From Candidatus Multivorans sp. (lineage in GTDB: Bacteria; Acidobacteriota; Thermoanaerobaculia; Multivoradales; Multivoraceae), in NCBI GenBank assembly GCA_965247095.1, contig OZ251997.1, forward strand, positions 3,168,001-3,232,000: a DNA stretch of 64,000 nucleotides. Reading direction: 5' to 3'. The notes under the pieces were generated by a model, which did no database searches, was not told the origin of the DNA, and was given only the letters and a program-made list of their open reading frames with translations. The position numbers and the translations under genes are program-made. This document shows positions 11,255-20,439 of this stretch, piece by piece (the stretch's first letter is position 1; every line of letters begins with the position of its first letter).

Positions 11255-13010
11255 GTGTCCGCCAGAAAACGCCGTCTTTCTCGGGTTCTGGGTCGTTTCA
11301 TTGGCGCATGATTGGCGGGGCCGGAGCCGCGCGGTGGCGAGCGAGGGCGGTTCTGGTGTTTACGAGGCGCAATCAGGGTTTGTCGGGCAGGGCGGCGCCT
11401 CCGGTGCTCGGCGCTGATTCGGTTTTCGGAAAGGCGTCGCCGTTAGGCGACGCGTCGTCGCCGCTGGCGTCTTCGTTCGAGCTGCTGCAGCAAGCGGCCG
11501 AGGCGATGCAGGTTGGCCGCGAGCACGGAGAGGGCGACGGTGCGCTCGAAGCCATCGGCGCCGCAGCTTCGGACACGGTCGAGGCCGCGATGCTCCAGAG
11601 CGTTGATGGCCGACTCGACTGCCGGATGCGCACGCCGTGCGGCGGCGAAGGCTTCACCGTTCTCCCGCTCCCGATCGGCGCGAGACAGATACCCCTTCTT
11701 CGGCAGGACGTTGAGATCAAGAATCTGGTCAAGCCGGATGCGGTTCTCCGAACTGTGGAAACCTCGGTCGAAGCTGCACGCCCGCAGGTCCGGGAACCGC
11801 TCCTGGGCCGCCCTCACCAGCGGCACTGCCGCATCGACGTCCTCGCCGTGCCACAGCACCTCGTGGTGAAGGATGAACCGATACTGGTCCTCGATCAGCG
11901 CCACCGGGACTCCGAGCTCCACCGGCGTGCCCGCCTTGCCCTTCGAGACCCATCGCGTGTGCGGCTCGAAGATCGAGAAGACCTTCTCCCGATGAGGAAT
12001 CGTCTCGCCCAGAAGCAGCCGGCGCTCGACCTGGTCGATCTGACGCCGAGCATGGCCGATGAAGCCCTCGATCGATTCACAGGCCGCTTCACACCCCGCA
12101 GCCCGCAGCGCCTCGACAGTGGTTGTCGCCCGCGCCACCAGCTCGCCGCAATGCGCCAAGTACGCCCTCACACGGGCCGGAAACCGCTTCGCCCGGCGCG
12201 TCCCACGTACCTTGCGGAACAGCCTGCGCACCAACCTCGACTGATGCCGCCACTGACGCCAGCCACCGATGCCGTGCCTCCCTGCCGACCGACCGGTCTC
12301 CCGCACAAGGCGCCGCATCGCATCCCACAGCAGATTCACGTCCGTCGGGTAATGCACGTCCGTCTCGACCACGAACGAGTCACACCGCCCGCGCAACGGC
12401 TCGCCAGGCTTTTTTCGCGCGACCGCATGGCCGCTTTCCACCACCAATCTGCCCACCTCGGACAATAGCGCCGGCGTCAACAGACACACGTTGTCCGCCA
12501 CCGTCTGGTACTCGTAGTAGCTCTTGTCGCCGAACTCACCGTGACCCAGGAACGCGCGCACGGTCGCGTGCTGGTTGGCCAACTCCTGAAGCCGGTCGAA
12601 GTCGCAGCCCAGACCCTGCTGCAGCACCCCCAACACCAGAATCCGCCACAACTCCATGCCTGGACGACCAACCTTCCGGTCGGTCCCCGGCAACACGTGC
12701 TCGTCCAGGAGATCGAACAGACGACCACGCAACTCCTCGTCGCACCAGAGGTGCTGAAGACCCTTCAACACCGCCGGGATGTCGTCCCGAGACTTTGGGT
12801 CGATCCAAATCTCCCCGATCGGCACTTGGCCGACCTTGAACTGCCGACTTTGCACCTCCCGCATCGCCCACCTCCCCGAAGATCACCCGAAACGGACCCA
12901 TAACTGGCCGACTTCGCCCAAAAGGCTATCCGATGACCACTATCTTCCCGCTACAGAATCCTCGCAAAGACCTGCAAACTCAATGGCTTGCTAGGTTTTC
13001 TGGCGGACAC
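11255..13010 (-). mobile_element. Insertion sequence (ISNCY/IS5-like DDE), copy 2
   Basis: Same 16-bp inverted repeats, TA flanks; begins 6 bp after copy 1. Confidence 0.92.
11443..12864 (-). CDS. DDE transposase, close paralogue of 9697-11112
   Basis: Same motifs; protein nearly identical to copy 1 with scattered substitutions. Confidence 0.93.
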   Translation of the reverse strand: MREVQSRQFKVGQVPIGEIWIDPKSRDDIPAVLKGLQHLWCDEELRGRLFDLLDEHVLPGTDRKVGRPGMELWRILVLGVLQQGLGCDFDRLQELANQHATVRAFLGHGEFGDKSYYEYQTVADNVCLLTPALLSEVGRLVVESGHAVARKKPGEPLRGRCDSFVVETDVHYPTDVNLLWDAMRRLVRETGRSAGRHGIGGWRQWRHQSRLVRRLFRKVRGTRRAKRFPARVRAYLAHCGELVARATTTVEALRAAGCEAACESIEGFIGHARRQIDQVERRLLLGETIPHREKVFSIFEPHTRWVSKGKAGTPVELGVPVALIEDQYRFILHHEVLWHGEDVDAAVPLVRAAQERFPDLRACSFDRGFHSSENRIRLDQILDLNVLPKKGYLSRADRERENGEAFAAARRAHPAVESAINALEHRGLDRVRSCGADGFERTVALSVLAANLHRLGRLLQQLERRRQRRRRVA

Positions 13011-13013
13011 TAG

Positions 13014-14816
13014 CTAGCTGCCGGGAGAGATCCAGATCGGCGACGACCAGGCGCGCTCCTGGATCGTCGCCGGCAGGGATACGCGCGGCGAAACTCCGGC
13101 TTTCACGGCATCCCACATCGACCAGCGGCACGTCGGGTTCTCCAGGACGCGAACGTAGTAGAACGCGAGATGCTCGGGGTCGAAGCCGGGATCGCTCCAG
13201 GTCGCTCCCAGCTCGACGTCGCCCACGTCCTGGCTGATGGCGCAGTTGGACAGGTCGACGGAGGCACCGTTGTCCGGACATCGGTGGGTCCCGGGATCCG
13301 GCTGCAGCCCATCGGAGCAGGCGACGTCGAAGATTTGCTCGTGCTGATCGCCGCCTTGGACCCAGCCCTTGACGATCTGGAGACGCTGGAGCGGGGCGCC
13401 GGACGGGTCGCGCAGCGCGCGGACCGCGAATGTAGGACTGCCGCCTCGATCGGCGTCGATCTCGCCTCCCATGGAGACGCCGCGCTCGTAGCCCACCGCC
13501 GCCATGTCGTCACGGCGGTGAAGGTCATCGGGCAGGCCGTAGCCGGCGAACATCTGCACCCGGATGCGAGTGCCCGAGGTGGCGAAGGTCTCCTTGCGAC
13601 GCAGAGCCTCGTAGAGGGCCTTCCGGGTGTTCTCCTCGGCCCAGACACCGGTGAGGCCCGAGTTGCTGTAGTAGCGGCGGAAGACCTCGCGATACGTCGG
13701 CACGCCATCGACGACGTCGGCCGGGACCGAGCCTCTGCTGACCGGGTCGAAGTCGTGCACGCCGACCTTGCCGGTGTGCTTCTCCTCGTCGAACTGAAAA
13801 CCCGAGTTGTGGGTGTCGCTGGCGCCGACGAACCCCAACCGATACGGGTTGAAGCCCTCTTGGCTCTGAAACGCGATGCCGTCCAGCAGCGCCTGGCGGA
13901 CGTAGCTGCCCCTGGGTCGGCTCTTGCCCCACTGGCCGACGCGAAAGGGGAAGATCTCGAAGTCGGCCCACTCGTCGTTGGGCGACAGAAAGGGATGGGT
14001 CTCGGAGGTGCCCTTGACTTGCGTAATCTCGACGAGCGGCTCGTTGCGCATCCGTTTCGTCGCGTAGTCGGCGTCGAGCGGGCCGCCGTCGAACGTCTCG
14101 GTCTGGAACATCCAGCCGTCCGAGCCGTTGGAGTTGTGCGGGATCGCCAGTGCCTCGATGCCCTGGTCACGCAGGCGATCCATCCAGCTCCAAAGGTCTT
14201 CGGGATTCACCGAATCGAGTCGGCTGAAAGGTTCCTGGGGCGCGACGCTGCCCCTGAAGATCACGTTCCGGTGCAGGTTGCCGCCGTCCCGCGCGGGGGT
14301 GTACTCGTAGCCGATGAAGGTCGTCAGGGTGCCCGGCCGGTAGTGGCGCTCCGCGGCGGCGACGATCTCCTGCCACGCCGTCCGGAACACTTCGGGATCT
14401 GCGTGCCGGGCAACGAACTCCGCGGCGCCCGGCAGGTAGCCTCCTCGCGCCTTGACCGTCGTCGCGTCGACGAAGCGCTTGACGTCGGGGTCGTCCGCGA
14501 GCGGGTGGCTGGGGTCGGCGAGGGCGCGCATGACCCCCAGGTACGCCGCGTGGTCCGTCACGGCGTAGAAGTCGAGGGCCCGGTCGAGCTGGATCTCGTG
14601 GCCCGAGGGATGCCTGATCGCCTCTCCAGCAGCGAAACGGTACGCGTCGCCGGGTGTCGTCCGCGTGGCGAACGAGAAGGCATCGAACGAGTAGGCGGTG
14701 TGCACGTGCAGGTCGCCGAAGAACGCCGAGCGCTCCTGCCCTCCGGCAGGTGAGAGCGGTGCCGCCGCCTGGAGAATCCCCAGGATCGCCGGGAGAAGGA
14801 GTCGAGAAGGTCGCAT
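13014..14816 (-). CDS. DUF3604 family secreted PHP-like protein
   Basis: Signal peptide, FFGDLHVHTAYSFDA, AVTDHA, NLHRNVIFR, IPHNSNGS, SDTHN, YYVRVLENPTCRWS, IQERAWSSPIW. Confidence 0.88.
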   Translation of the reverse strand: MRPSRLLLPAILGILQAAAPLSPAGGQERSAFFGDLHVHTAYSFDAFSFATRTTPGDAYRFAAGEAIRHPSGHEIQLDRALDFYAVTDHAAYLGVMRALADPSHPLADDPDVKRFVDATTVKARGGYLPGAAEFVARHADPEVFRTAWQEIVAAAERHYRPGTLTTFIGYEYTPARDGGNLHRNVIFRGSVAPQEPFSRLDSVNPEDLWSWMDRLRDQGIEALAIPHNSNGSDGWMFQTETFDGGPLDADYATKRMRNEPLVEITQVKGTSETHPFLSPNDEWADFEIFPFRVGQWGKSRPRGSYVRQALLDGIAFQSQEGFNPYRLGFVGASDTHNSGFQFDEEKHTGKVGVHDFDPVSRGSVPADVVDGVPTYREVFRRYYSNSGLTGVWAEENTRKALYEALRRKETFATSGTRIRVQMFAGYGLPDDLHRRDDMAAVGYERGVSMGGEIDADRGGSPTFAVRALRDPSGAPLQRLQIVKGWVQGGDQHEQIFDVACSDGLQPDPGTHRCPDNGASVDLSNCAISQDVGDVELGATWSDPGFDPEHLAFYYVRVLENPTCRWSMWDAVKAGVSPRVSLPATIQERAWSSPIWISPGS

Positions 14817-14839
14817 GGTGGGCTCCGATTCAGCCGGTT

Positions 14840-15175
14840 TCAACTGCGAACGCGTTTACCGGCAGGATCGTACATGGGTCGGATGGAGGTCTCGGTCAGG
14901 ACGCGGACGCCCGCGACCTCGATCTCGAAGCGGCTGGGCAGTTCGGGGAAGTCCGGCAACAGCGACATGCGGACGTAGCCGAGGCCGACGGCCGCTCCGA
15001 GGCTGTGGCCGTAGTTCCCGGAGGTGACGTAGCCCGCGATTTCGTCCCCCAGCCAGATCGGTTCGTGGTGGTAGATCAAGGGTTGCAGCATCCCCGAGCT
15101 CCCGGGTCCACATACCGGCGCAGATGACGACTACGCTCGCGCGGCGCGGCAATTCCCAGGCTTCTGAAGCAGCGA
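14840..15175 (-). pseudogene. Collapsed remnant of a GcvT/dimethylglycine dehydrogenase-like FAD oxidoreductase
   Basis: N-terminal ELPRRASVVVI joined to mid-protein CAGMWTRELG, then in another frame the C-terminal PLIYHHEPIW..GYVTSGNYGHSLGAAVGLGYV..FEIEVAG..PMYDPAGKRVRS. Confidence 0.8.
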
Positions 15176-15191
15176 TATGGCAAGCTAGCAA

Positions 15192-15908
15192 ATGATGTCG
15201 CCAACACCCCGGCCGGAACGGTCCACAGGCCGCTCGATGGATCGGCGCCGCTTCCTGGAGGGAGCGATGGTGGCGGCCGGCGCTTGCCTCGGAGTGGGCT
15301 CGGCGCAGGGGGCGAGCACCGCTGACATCGTGTCGCCCTCCGACTTCGCCCACCTGGCGGTGAGAGTCGGCGACCTGAACGAGGCTCTGACGTTCTACGA
15401 CACCCTCCTGCGTTGCCGTCCCAACCACGTCGCGCGCGCACCTGTGGAAGCCGGGAAACTGGCTCGGGGCGGCGCCTGGTGCTCCTACGACATCGAGCAT
15501 CATCGCGTCTCGATCTTCGGGCGAGGCGGTCAACCCGTGCCTGAAGCCGGCCTGCTCGGCTGGGATCGCTTCACCTTCAGCTACGACTCGCTCACCGAAC
15601 TCGGCGCCAACTACCACGCTCTGAAACTCGGGGGAATCGAACCACGCGCAGCCAGACGCTACGGCGACAGCGTTTCACTCCTCTATGCCGACCCCAGCGG
15701 CAATCGCATCGAGATGCTCCTCGACCGCTTCGATCGAATCGAAGATCTCGAGCCCTATCTGGGGGAGGCGGCAGGCTCGGAGAAATCCGCCGCCGGCGCC
15801 GCGTCCCGTCGAGGGCGTGCACTTCTAAGGAGCCTGCGCCCAAGCCCGCCTCGGACTCGAGTGCGGCATAATCGGCCCAAATCCAGAATGGGGAGGGGGA
15901 GCATATGA
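15192..15908 (+). CDS. VOC/glyoxalase family protein with Tat-like signal; C-terminus doubtful
   Basis: DRRRFLEG Tat motif, FAHLAVRVGDLNEALTFY, SYDIEHHRV, LLYADPSGNRIEM. Confidence 0.7.
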   Translation: MMSPTPRPERSTGRSMDRRRFLEGAMVAAGACLGVGSAQGASTADIVSPSDFAHLAVRVGDLNEALTFYDTLLRCRPNHVARAPVEAGKLARGGAWCSYDIEHHRVSIFGRGGQPVPEAGLLGWDRFTFSYDSLTELGANYHALKLGGIEPRAARRYGDSVSLLYADPSGNRIEMLLDRFDRIEDLEPYLGEAAGSEKSAAGAASRRGRALLRSLRPSPPRTRVRHNRPKSRMGRGSI

Positions 15909-16975
15909 AGGCCACACATCTCACGCTCGGTATTGCATTCACACTGCTGATTGGCGCTTGCACGGCCGCCCCGGAGGACGAGACTGAGCCGGCATCGGAC
16001 ACGGATGGGGCGGCATCCTCGCCGGAACCCGCTCGGAGCTACTCTCCCGAATCGCGCGATCTCTCCCAGGCGGACATCGAGCGCCTGATGGAGGAGCTCT
16101 CCAACTGGGGTCGCTGGGGCGACGACGACCAGTTGGGGGCGGCCAACCTCATCACCCGGGAGAAGCGCCTCGAGGCTCTGGCCCTGGCGACGGAGGGCAT
16201 CTCCGTCTCGCTCGCCCATCCTCTGATCACCGAGGAGGCCGTCGATGTGCCGCTGCCGTTCGAGCGCGCGATCTTGCGGCTTCCCGACCCCGACGAGGAG
16301 CCCGGGTTTCGCGGCGGTGTCAGCGATCGCTACGAGATCAGCTACCACGGCTACTCGCACAGCCACATCGACTCGCTGTGTCACATCCTCTACAAGGGGA
16401 AGATGTACAACGGCTTCTCGCAGGACACGGTCACCGAGGAAGGCTGCACGCGGTCTTCGATCGTCAACCTCCAGGGTGGCATCGTCACGAGGGGCATCGT
16501 GTTCGACATCCCGCGCCTGAAAGGCGTGCCCTATCTCGAGCCGGGCACGCCGATCTACACCGAGGACCTCGAGGCCTTCGAGGAGATGGCCGGGCTCCGC
16601 GTCCGTGCGGGCGACGCCATCTTCATACGCACCGGGCGCTGGGCGCGGCGCGCCGAGCTCGGACCTTGGGCGGTGTCGCAGAATGCGGCCGGCCTCCACG
16701 CCTCGACGATGCCCTGGGTTCGCTCCCGCGACATCTCGTTCATCGGCTCCGATGCGGCACTCGACGTCGTTCCATCGCAGGTGGAAGGCGTCGATCTTCC
16801 GGTTCACATCCTCACGATCGTCGCCATGGGCATCGACATCTTCGACAACCAGGACCTCGAGGCCGTCGCCGAGACGGCGGCCGAGCTGGGTCGCTGGGAG
16901 TTTCTGCTCGTGGCGGGGCCTCTGGCCGTCGAAACCGGAACCGGCTCGCCGATCAACGCACTGGCGATCTTCTGA
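15905..16975 (+). CDS. Cyclase family (kynurenine formamidase-like) lipoprotein
   Basis: LIGAC lipobox, SNWGRWGDDDQLGAAN, HGYSHSHIDSLCH, RTG, GTGSPINALAIF. Confidence 0.88.
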   Translation: MKATHLTLGIAFTLLIGACTAAPEDETEPASDTDGAASSPEPARSYSPESRDLSQADIERLMEELSNWGRWGDDDQLGAANLITREKRLEALALATEGISVSLAHPLITEEAVDVPLPFERAILRLPDPDEEPGFRGGVSDRYEISYHGYSHSHIDSLCHILYKGKMYNGFSQDTVTEEGCTRSSIVNLQGGIVTRGIVFDIPRLKGVPYLEPGTPIYTEDLEAFEEMAGLRVRAGDAIFIRTGRWARRAELGPWAVSQNAAGLHASTMPWVRSRDISFIGSDAALDVVPSQVEGVDLPVHILTIVAMGIDIFDNQDLEAVAETAAELGRWEFLLVAGPLAVETGTGSPINALAIF

Positions 16976-16995
16976 GGGCTGAGGGAGGAGAGACG

Positions 16996-18222
16996 ATGAT
17001 CGATTTCGAGATTCCAGAAGAGACCAAGGCGGTGCGCGCCAAAGTGCGTGCGTTCGTCCAGAACGAGTGCATCCCGGCCGAAGAGAGATGCACTCCGGAG
17101 AACTTCGACGAGGTGCTGGCTGAGCTCCGCACGAAGGCGAAGTCGCAGGGGCTGTGGTGCCCCTTCATCCCGGAGGAGCACGGCGGCATGGGTCTGAAGC
17201 CGCTGGCCAATGCGCTGGCCCAGATGGAGCTCGGCGAGAGCTTCCTCGGAGCGCTCTCTCTCAACACGCAGGGTCCCGACGATGCGACCATGCTGACGTT
17301 GCTCGAGAACGGTACCGAGGACCAGAAGGAGCGCTTCCTGAAGCCTCTGCTGGCGGGCGAGAAGCGCATCTGCTACTCGATGACCGAGAAAGCCGCCGGT
17401 GCGGACGCCACGGGCATGCAGACCTCGGCCGTTCTCGACGGTGACAACTACGTGCTCAACGGTGAGAAGTGGTTCAGCTCCTCCGCGAGCGTTGCCGACG
17501 TCGCCCTCGTCATGGCGAAGACCGATCCCGACGTCGCCCGCCACCGGCAGTTCTCGACCTTTCTCGTCGAGCTGCCGAACCCCGGCTACAAGATCATCCG
17601 CAACATCGAGACGATGCAGCCGCACACCGATCTCGGCCTGAAGCTCGGATCCTCGCACTCGGAGATCCACATCGAGAACCTCGTCGTCCCGAAGGACAAC
17701 CTCCTCGGTGGCCGCGGCCAGGGCTTCGCGATGGGCCAGCACCGCCTCGCCTACGGGCGGCTGCGTCACGGCATGCACAACGTGGCGAGGGCACAGCGTG
17801 CCCTCGATCTCGCCGTCGGGCACGCTGTGAAGCGGGTGACGTTCGGCAAGCGCCTCGCCGACCGCCAAGGGGTTCGCTGGATGCTCGCCGACTGCGCCGC
17901 CGAGCTCTACAAGGCTCGGCTCATGCTGCTCCACATCGCCTACAAAGCGGAGAAGGGCATGGACCTGCGCAACGAGAACGGCATCGCCAAGGTCTTCCTC
18001 GCCAATATGGTGCACCAGGTGGTCGACACCGCGATCCAGCTCCACGGCGCCCTGGGCTACAGCATGGACACGCCGCTGGCCGGCTGGTATCGCGGCATCC
18101 GCGCGCAGCGTCTGGTCGATGGGCCGGACGAGGTCCATCGCTGGCGCACCGGCAAGAACGTCGTGCAGGCGTTCGAGGCGCACGGTACGTGTGCTTCCGC
18201 CTGTGGCGGCGATCTCCTTTGA
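16996..18222 (+). CDS. Acyl-CoA dehydrogenase
   Basis: GGAGGAG RBS; YSMTE..AGADA, YVLNGEKWFSS, AIQLHGALG, RLVDGPDEVH. Confidence 0.93.
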   Translation: MIDFEIPEETKAVRAKVRAFVQNECIPAEERCTPENFDEVLAELRTKAKSQGLWCPFIPEEHGGMGLKPLANALAQMELGESFLGALSLNTQGPDDATMLTLLENGTEDQKERFLKPLLAGEKRICYSMTEKAAGADATGMQTSAVLDGDNYVLNGEKWFSSSASVADVALVMAKTDPDVARHRQFSTFLVELPNPGYKIIRNIETMQPHTDLGLKLGSSHSEIHIENLVVPKDNLLGGRGQGFAMGQHRLAYGRLRHGMHNVARAQRALDLAVGHAVKRVTFGKRLADRQGVRWMLADCAAELYKARLMLLHIAYKAEKGMDLRNENGIAKVFLANMVHQVVDTAIQLHGALGYSMDTPLAGWYRGIRAQRLVDGPDEVHRWRTGKNVVQAFEAHGTCASACGGDLL

Positions 18223-18409
18223 GTCATCGCGCGCTCTCCGGCGGCGGCCGCGGCTGCCGCGGCGCGGGCGTCCTCGCGGCGGAGCCCCGCCACCTGACGC
18301 CGGCCCCTTCGGCAAAGGCCACGCCGCCTACTGCTAAAGCTGCCAGAGCTATGCAGTAGCCCGCAAAGGTGGCCGCTCGGTGGTCAACGGGCGGCCGCGT
18401 GCAACCGAC

Positions 18410-18847
18410 TCAGGCTGCCTCGCTGACAGTAACGCTGAGTCGCTTGCCCAGGCGGCGCAGCGCCCGGTCGATGGTAGCCGCCTTAGTGGCGTGATCGGGG
18501 TTCAGCATGCGCCGAACTTCGCTTTCGGCGACATCGAGGTCGCGGGCAAACTGCCGCCGCGAGATTCCGGCGTGACGCCAAGCGTCGTACAAGGCCGCCT
18601 TCAGGGCGATCTGCACCGGCGGGACGACCATGAGCCGCTCCTCGCCGGTGGGCGAAGGTTCGGGCAGATCGCCGCCTTCGCGTATCGTGGTGGCGATCAA
18701 CTCCCGCAGCAGATCCCTGGCTTCGGCTAGCGCCTCCTCCCTCGTCGCGCCATCTGTGGCGCCCCAGCCGAAATCCGGAAACGCGACGACGTGGCGGCCG
18801 TCCTCGTCACGTTGGATGTCGGCGGGGTAGTTGTAACCGTCAGGCAT
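18410..18847 (-). CDS. hicB: HicB family antitoxin with C-terminal HTH (no adjacent hicA)
   Basis: YPADIQRDEDGRHVVAFPDF..ATDGATREEALAEARD..LPEPS; HTH with RRMLNPDHATK. Confidence 0.85.
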   Translation of the reverse strand: MPDGYNYPADIQRDEDGRHVVAFPDFGWGATDGATREEALAEARDLLRELIATTIREGGDLPEPSPTGEERLMVVPPVQIALKAALYDAWRHAGISRRQFARDLDVAESEVRRMLNPDHATKAATIDRALRRLGKRLSVTVSEAA

Positions 18848-18966
18848 CGGGTTCTCCTAGGCTAGACCGGCGCATTCGGGGTAGCCGCCCGCCCTGGACC
18901 GCTATCGGAGTAGGCGTGGGTATGCGAGTTCCCGCACAGGCTGCAGTGCTACGCTACAGCAGGACG

Positions 18967-19170
18967 ATGAAGCTGCAGGTCGTGATTCACGAGGCCGAAG
19001 AGGGCGGGTACTGGGCGGAAGTGCCGTCGATCCCGGGGTGCGCCACCCAGGGAGATTCCTTTGAGGAACTGCTGACCAACCTCTACGAAGCGGTCGAGGG
19101 CTGCCTCTCCGTGCAGATCGCCGAAGTCCCCGTCTCCGAGACGGACCGGGTCATCGAAATCGCTGTGTGA
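18967..19170 (+). CDS. hicB: Short HicB family antitoxin
   Basis: MKLQVVIHEAEEGGYWAEVPSIPGCATQGDSFEELLTNLYEAVEGCL. Confidence 0.9.
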   Translation: MKLQVVIHEAEEGGYWAEVPSIPGCATQGDSFEELLTNLYEAVEGCLSVQIAEVPVSETDRVIEIAV

Positions 19171-19370
19171 AGGCTCTCGCCGGCAAGCAGTTCTGCTCCC
19201 TGCTCCAATCGCGAGGATGGCAGTTGAAGCGGATCCGAGGCAGCCATCACATCTTCGTCAAGCCAGGCATCGCGGTTCGTATCTCAGTCCCAGTCCATCG
19301 GGGCACACTGAAGAGCGGCCTTCAACGGCACCTGATGAAGCTCGCCCAGATCAAGGGCTCGGAGTTGTAG
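19167..19370 (+). CDS. hicA: HicA family toxin
   Basis: LQSRGWQLKRIRGSHHIF..ISVPVH..LKSG; GTGA overlap with hicB. Confidence 0.9.
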   Translation: MKALAGKQFCSLLQSRGWQLKRIRGSHHIFVKPGIAVRISVPVHRGTLKSGLQRHLMKLAQIKGSEL

Positions 19371-19424
19371 GGCCCCGATCCAGCGCAACTGAGAGGCGTC
19401 GCCAGCGTCGTGGCCCGTCCCCCT

Positions 19425-19560
19425 TCAGCGGTTCGCCTCGACCACCTCGCCCGGCTTGAGGAAGCGATCCTCCGGTCCGCGAGTTGCGGCCGCTCCGGCT
19501 GCCGTGCCGCCTGAGGTGCCGTTGTTGATGACGTCGCCCGGGTAAAGGGGACGGCGAGTC
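19425..19560 (-). pseudogene. C-terminal fragment of a fumarylacetoacetate hydrolase family gene
   Basis: Manual translation LYPGDVINNGTSGG...RFLKPGEVVEA; no start or N-terminal part. Confidence 0.7.
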
Positions 19561-19611
19561 TGTGCGATGGAGCGACGAGTCTAGCTCCCCGCGCACACCG
19601 CAATTGGTCCG

Positions 19612-20439
19612 TCAGGTTCGGGGTGGTCGACCGGAGACCAGGATCGAGAACTGTCGATCCGGGTCTTGCTGGAGGACGGGTCGGTAGCCGCCGGCACTCT
19701 CGTCGGGCTCCATACGGCGGGCCCCGTCGGGGGCGAGCTGAACGATGTAGGCCTTACGGACCTCGGAGGTGAGATTCGGCCCGGTGGCATGCGGAGTGAG
19801 TGAGGAGAAGACTACGATGCTGCCTGCTTTTGCCGGTGCGGCGAGCCCTTCGGCATCTTTTTCTGCACAGCAGTAGCCGAGATCGGTGGTCCAGTGCTCG
19901 AGAGTGCCCTGGCGATGCAGTCCTGGAAGCACCTGGGGGCACCCGTTGCTGGGGCTGGCGTCGGTCAGTGCGATCCAGCAGGTGAGATAGCTCTGTGGTT
20001 CGAGGAACCCGTATCCGTTGTCCTGATGCCAGGGAAAGGGGGCCGGAACGCTCGGCTTCTTGTAGACCGCCTGGTCCCAGTAGAGCCGAACGTCGGGGCC
20101 CACCAGGTCCCATGCGAGATCGCGAAAGAGAGGCCCGGCACAGAAGTCGCGGAGAAAAGTCGAGCGCTGCACCAGGTGGACGGTGAAGGTGATCTCGTCG
20201 GCGCGAGCGATGAAGCGACGCCCCTGCGGCTGCTTGCGCAGCCACGCTTCGGCCTCGGCCTCCCAGGGGTCGATCTCGGCGATCAAGCGCTCGAGCGTGG
20301 AAGGCTCGATAGCGTTCTCGAGCACGAAGAAGCCTTGCTCGCTCCATTGGCGGGCCTGCGCGGAAGAGATGCGCCGGTAGGGGCCGCCTCTGGGCTCCCA
20401 GCGAAAGCCCTGGTTGAGCGGATGGAGCTTCGGCGTCAT
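19612..20439 (-). CDS. Phytanoyl-CoA dioxygenase (PhyH) family protein
   Basis: WDQAVYKKP..FPWHQDNGY..TCWIALTDA..NGC..HATGPN..RKAY; ATGA coupling to the upstream gene. Confidence 0.9.
   Translation of the reverse strand: MTPKLHPLNQGFRWEPRGGPYRRISSAQARQWSEQGFFVLENAIEPSTLERLIAEIDPWEAEAEAWLRKQPQGRRFIARADEITFTVHLVQRSTFLRDFCAGPLFRDLAWDLVGPDVRLYWDQAVYKKPSVPAPFPWHQDNGYGFLEPQSYLTCWIALTDASPSNGCPQVLPGLHRQGTLEHWTTDLGYCCAEKDAEGLAAPAKAGSIVVFSSLTPHATGPNLTSEVRKAYIVQLAPDGARRMEPDESAGGYRPVLQQDPDRQFSILVSGRPPRT

Noticed and set aside
16378-16995. Long N-terminal extensions in the ORF track (also 19612-21198, 44263, 46197, 51162, 55501-57036)
   Set aside because: They overlap neighbouring genes; internal starts with RBS or coupled stop-start fit family lengths
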